Assembly (NCBI GenBank): GCA_030141605.1
Contig: JAQGDQ010000422.1
Span: forward strand, 115,780-179,779
Source of the DNA: Tubiluchus corallicola
Taxonomy: Eukaryota > Animalia > Priapulida
Length of the DNA stretch: 64,000 nt
Direction of reading: 5' to 3'
Position numbers and translations under genes: made by a program. The notes under the pieces were generated by a model. It was given only the letters and a program-made list of their open reading frames with translations, was not told the DNA's origin and made no database searches. Shown in pieces: positions 63,900 through 64,000 of the stretch (position 1 is its first letter; every line of letters starts with the position of its first letter).

Positions 63900-64000
63900 G
63901 AATGCATCTGCACCACACACACTGTATGTTCTGAAAATGCCTAATTTTTGGCACCTGAACATTTATTTACCAATTTTTTTATGTCCGCAAGATATTATTT

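Overview
AT-rich, repeat-rich, intron-containing genomic DNA from an animal, probably an invertebrate. Two spliced + strand genes were assembled by hand from GT-AG sites and reading phase. (1) A PDE10-family cyclic nucleotide phosphodiesterase (GAF-A, GAF-B, catalytic domain) spans 4171-32918; its 5' exons were not found in the window. (2) A VAT-1-family (MDR/zeta-crystallin-like) oxidoreductase has three exons at 36885-43269, and no fourth exon was found in the remaining ~20.7 kb. Main observation: the PDE10 gene carries two pairs of tandemly duplicated, equal-length, phase-matched exons that look mutually exclusive. One pair (2 x 146 nt) lies in the cyclic-nucleotide-binding GAF-B domain. 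The other (2 x 89 nt) lies in the catalytic domain immediately after the invariant Gln. The short intron between the catalytic pair contains a central element that can pair with either of two near-identical flanking motifs, one of which covers the downstream acceptor region, suggesting a competing-RNA-structure splicing switch. The rest of the window is LINE fragments (L2/CR1, RTE, CCHC-type), a 5S-rRNA-headed SINE with an RTE-like tail, hammerhead-bearing Penelope-like repeats, MITEs and mini/microsatellites. All alignments and base pairings were done by eye, not computed.
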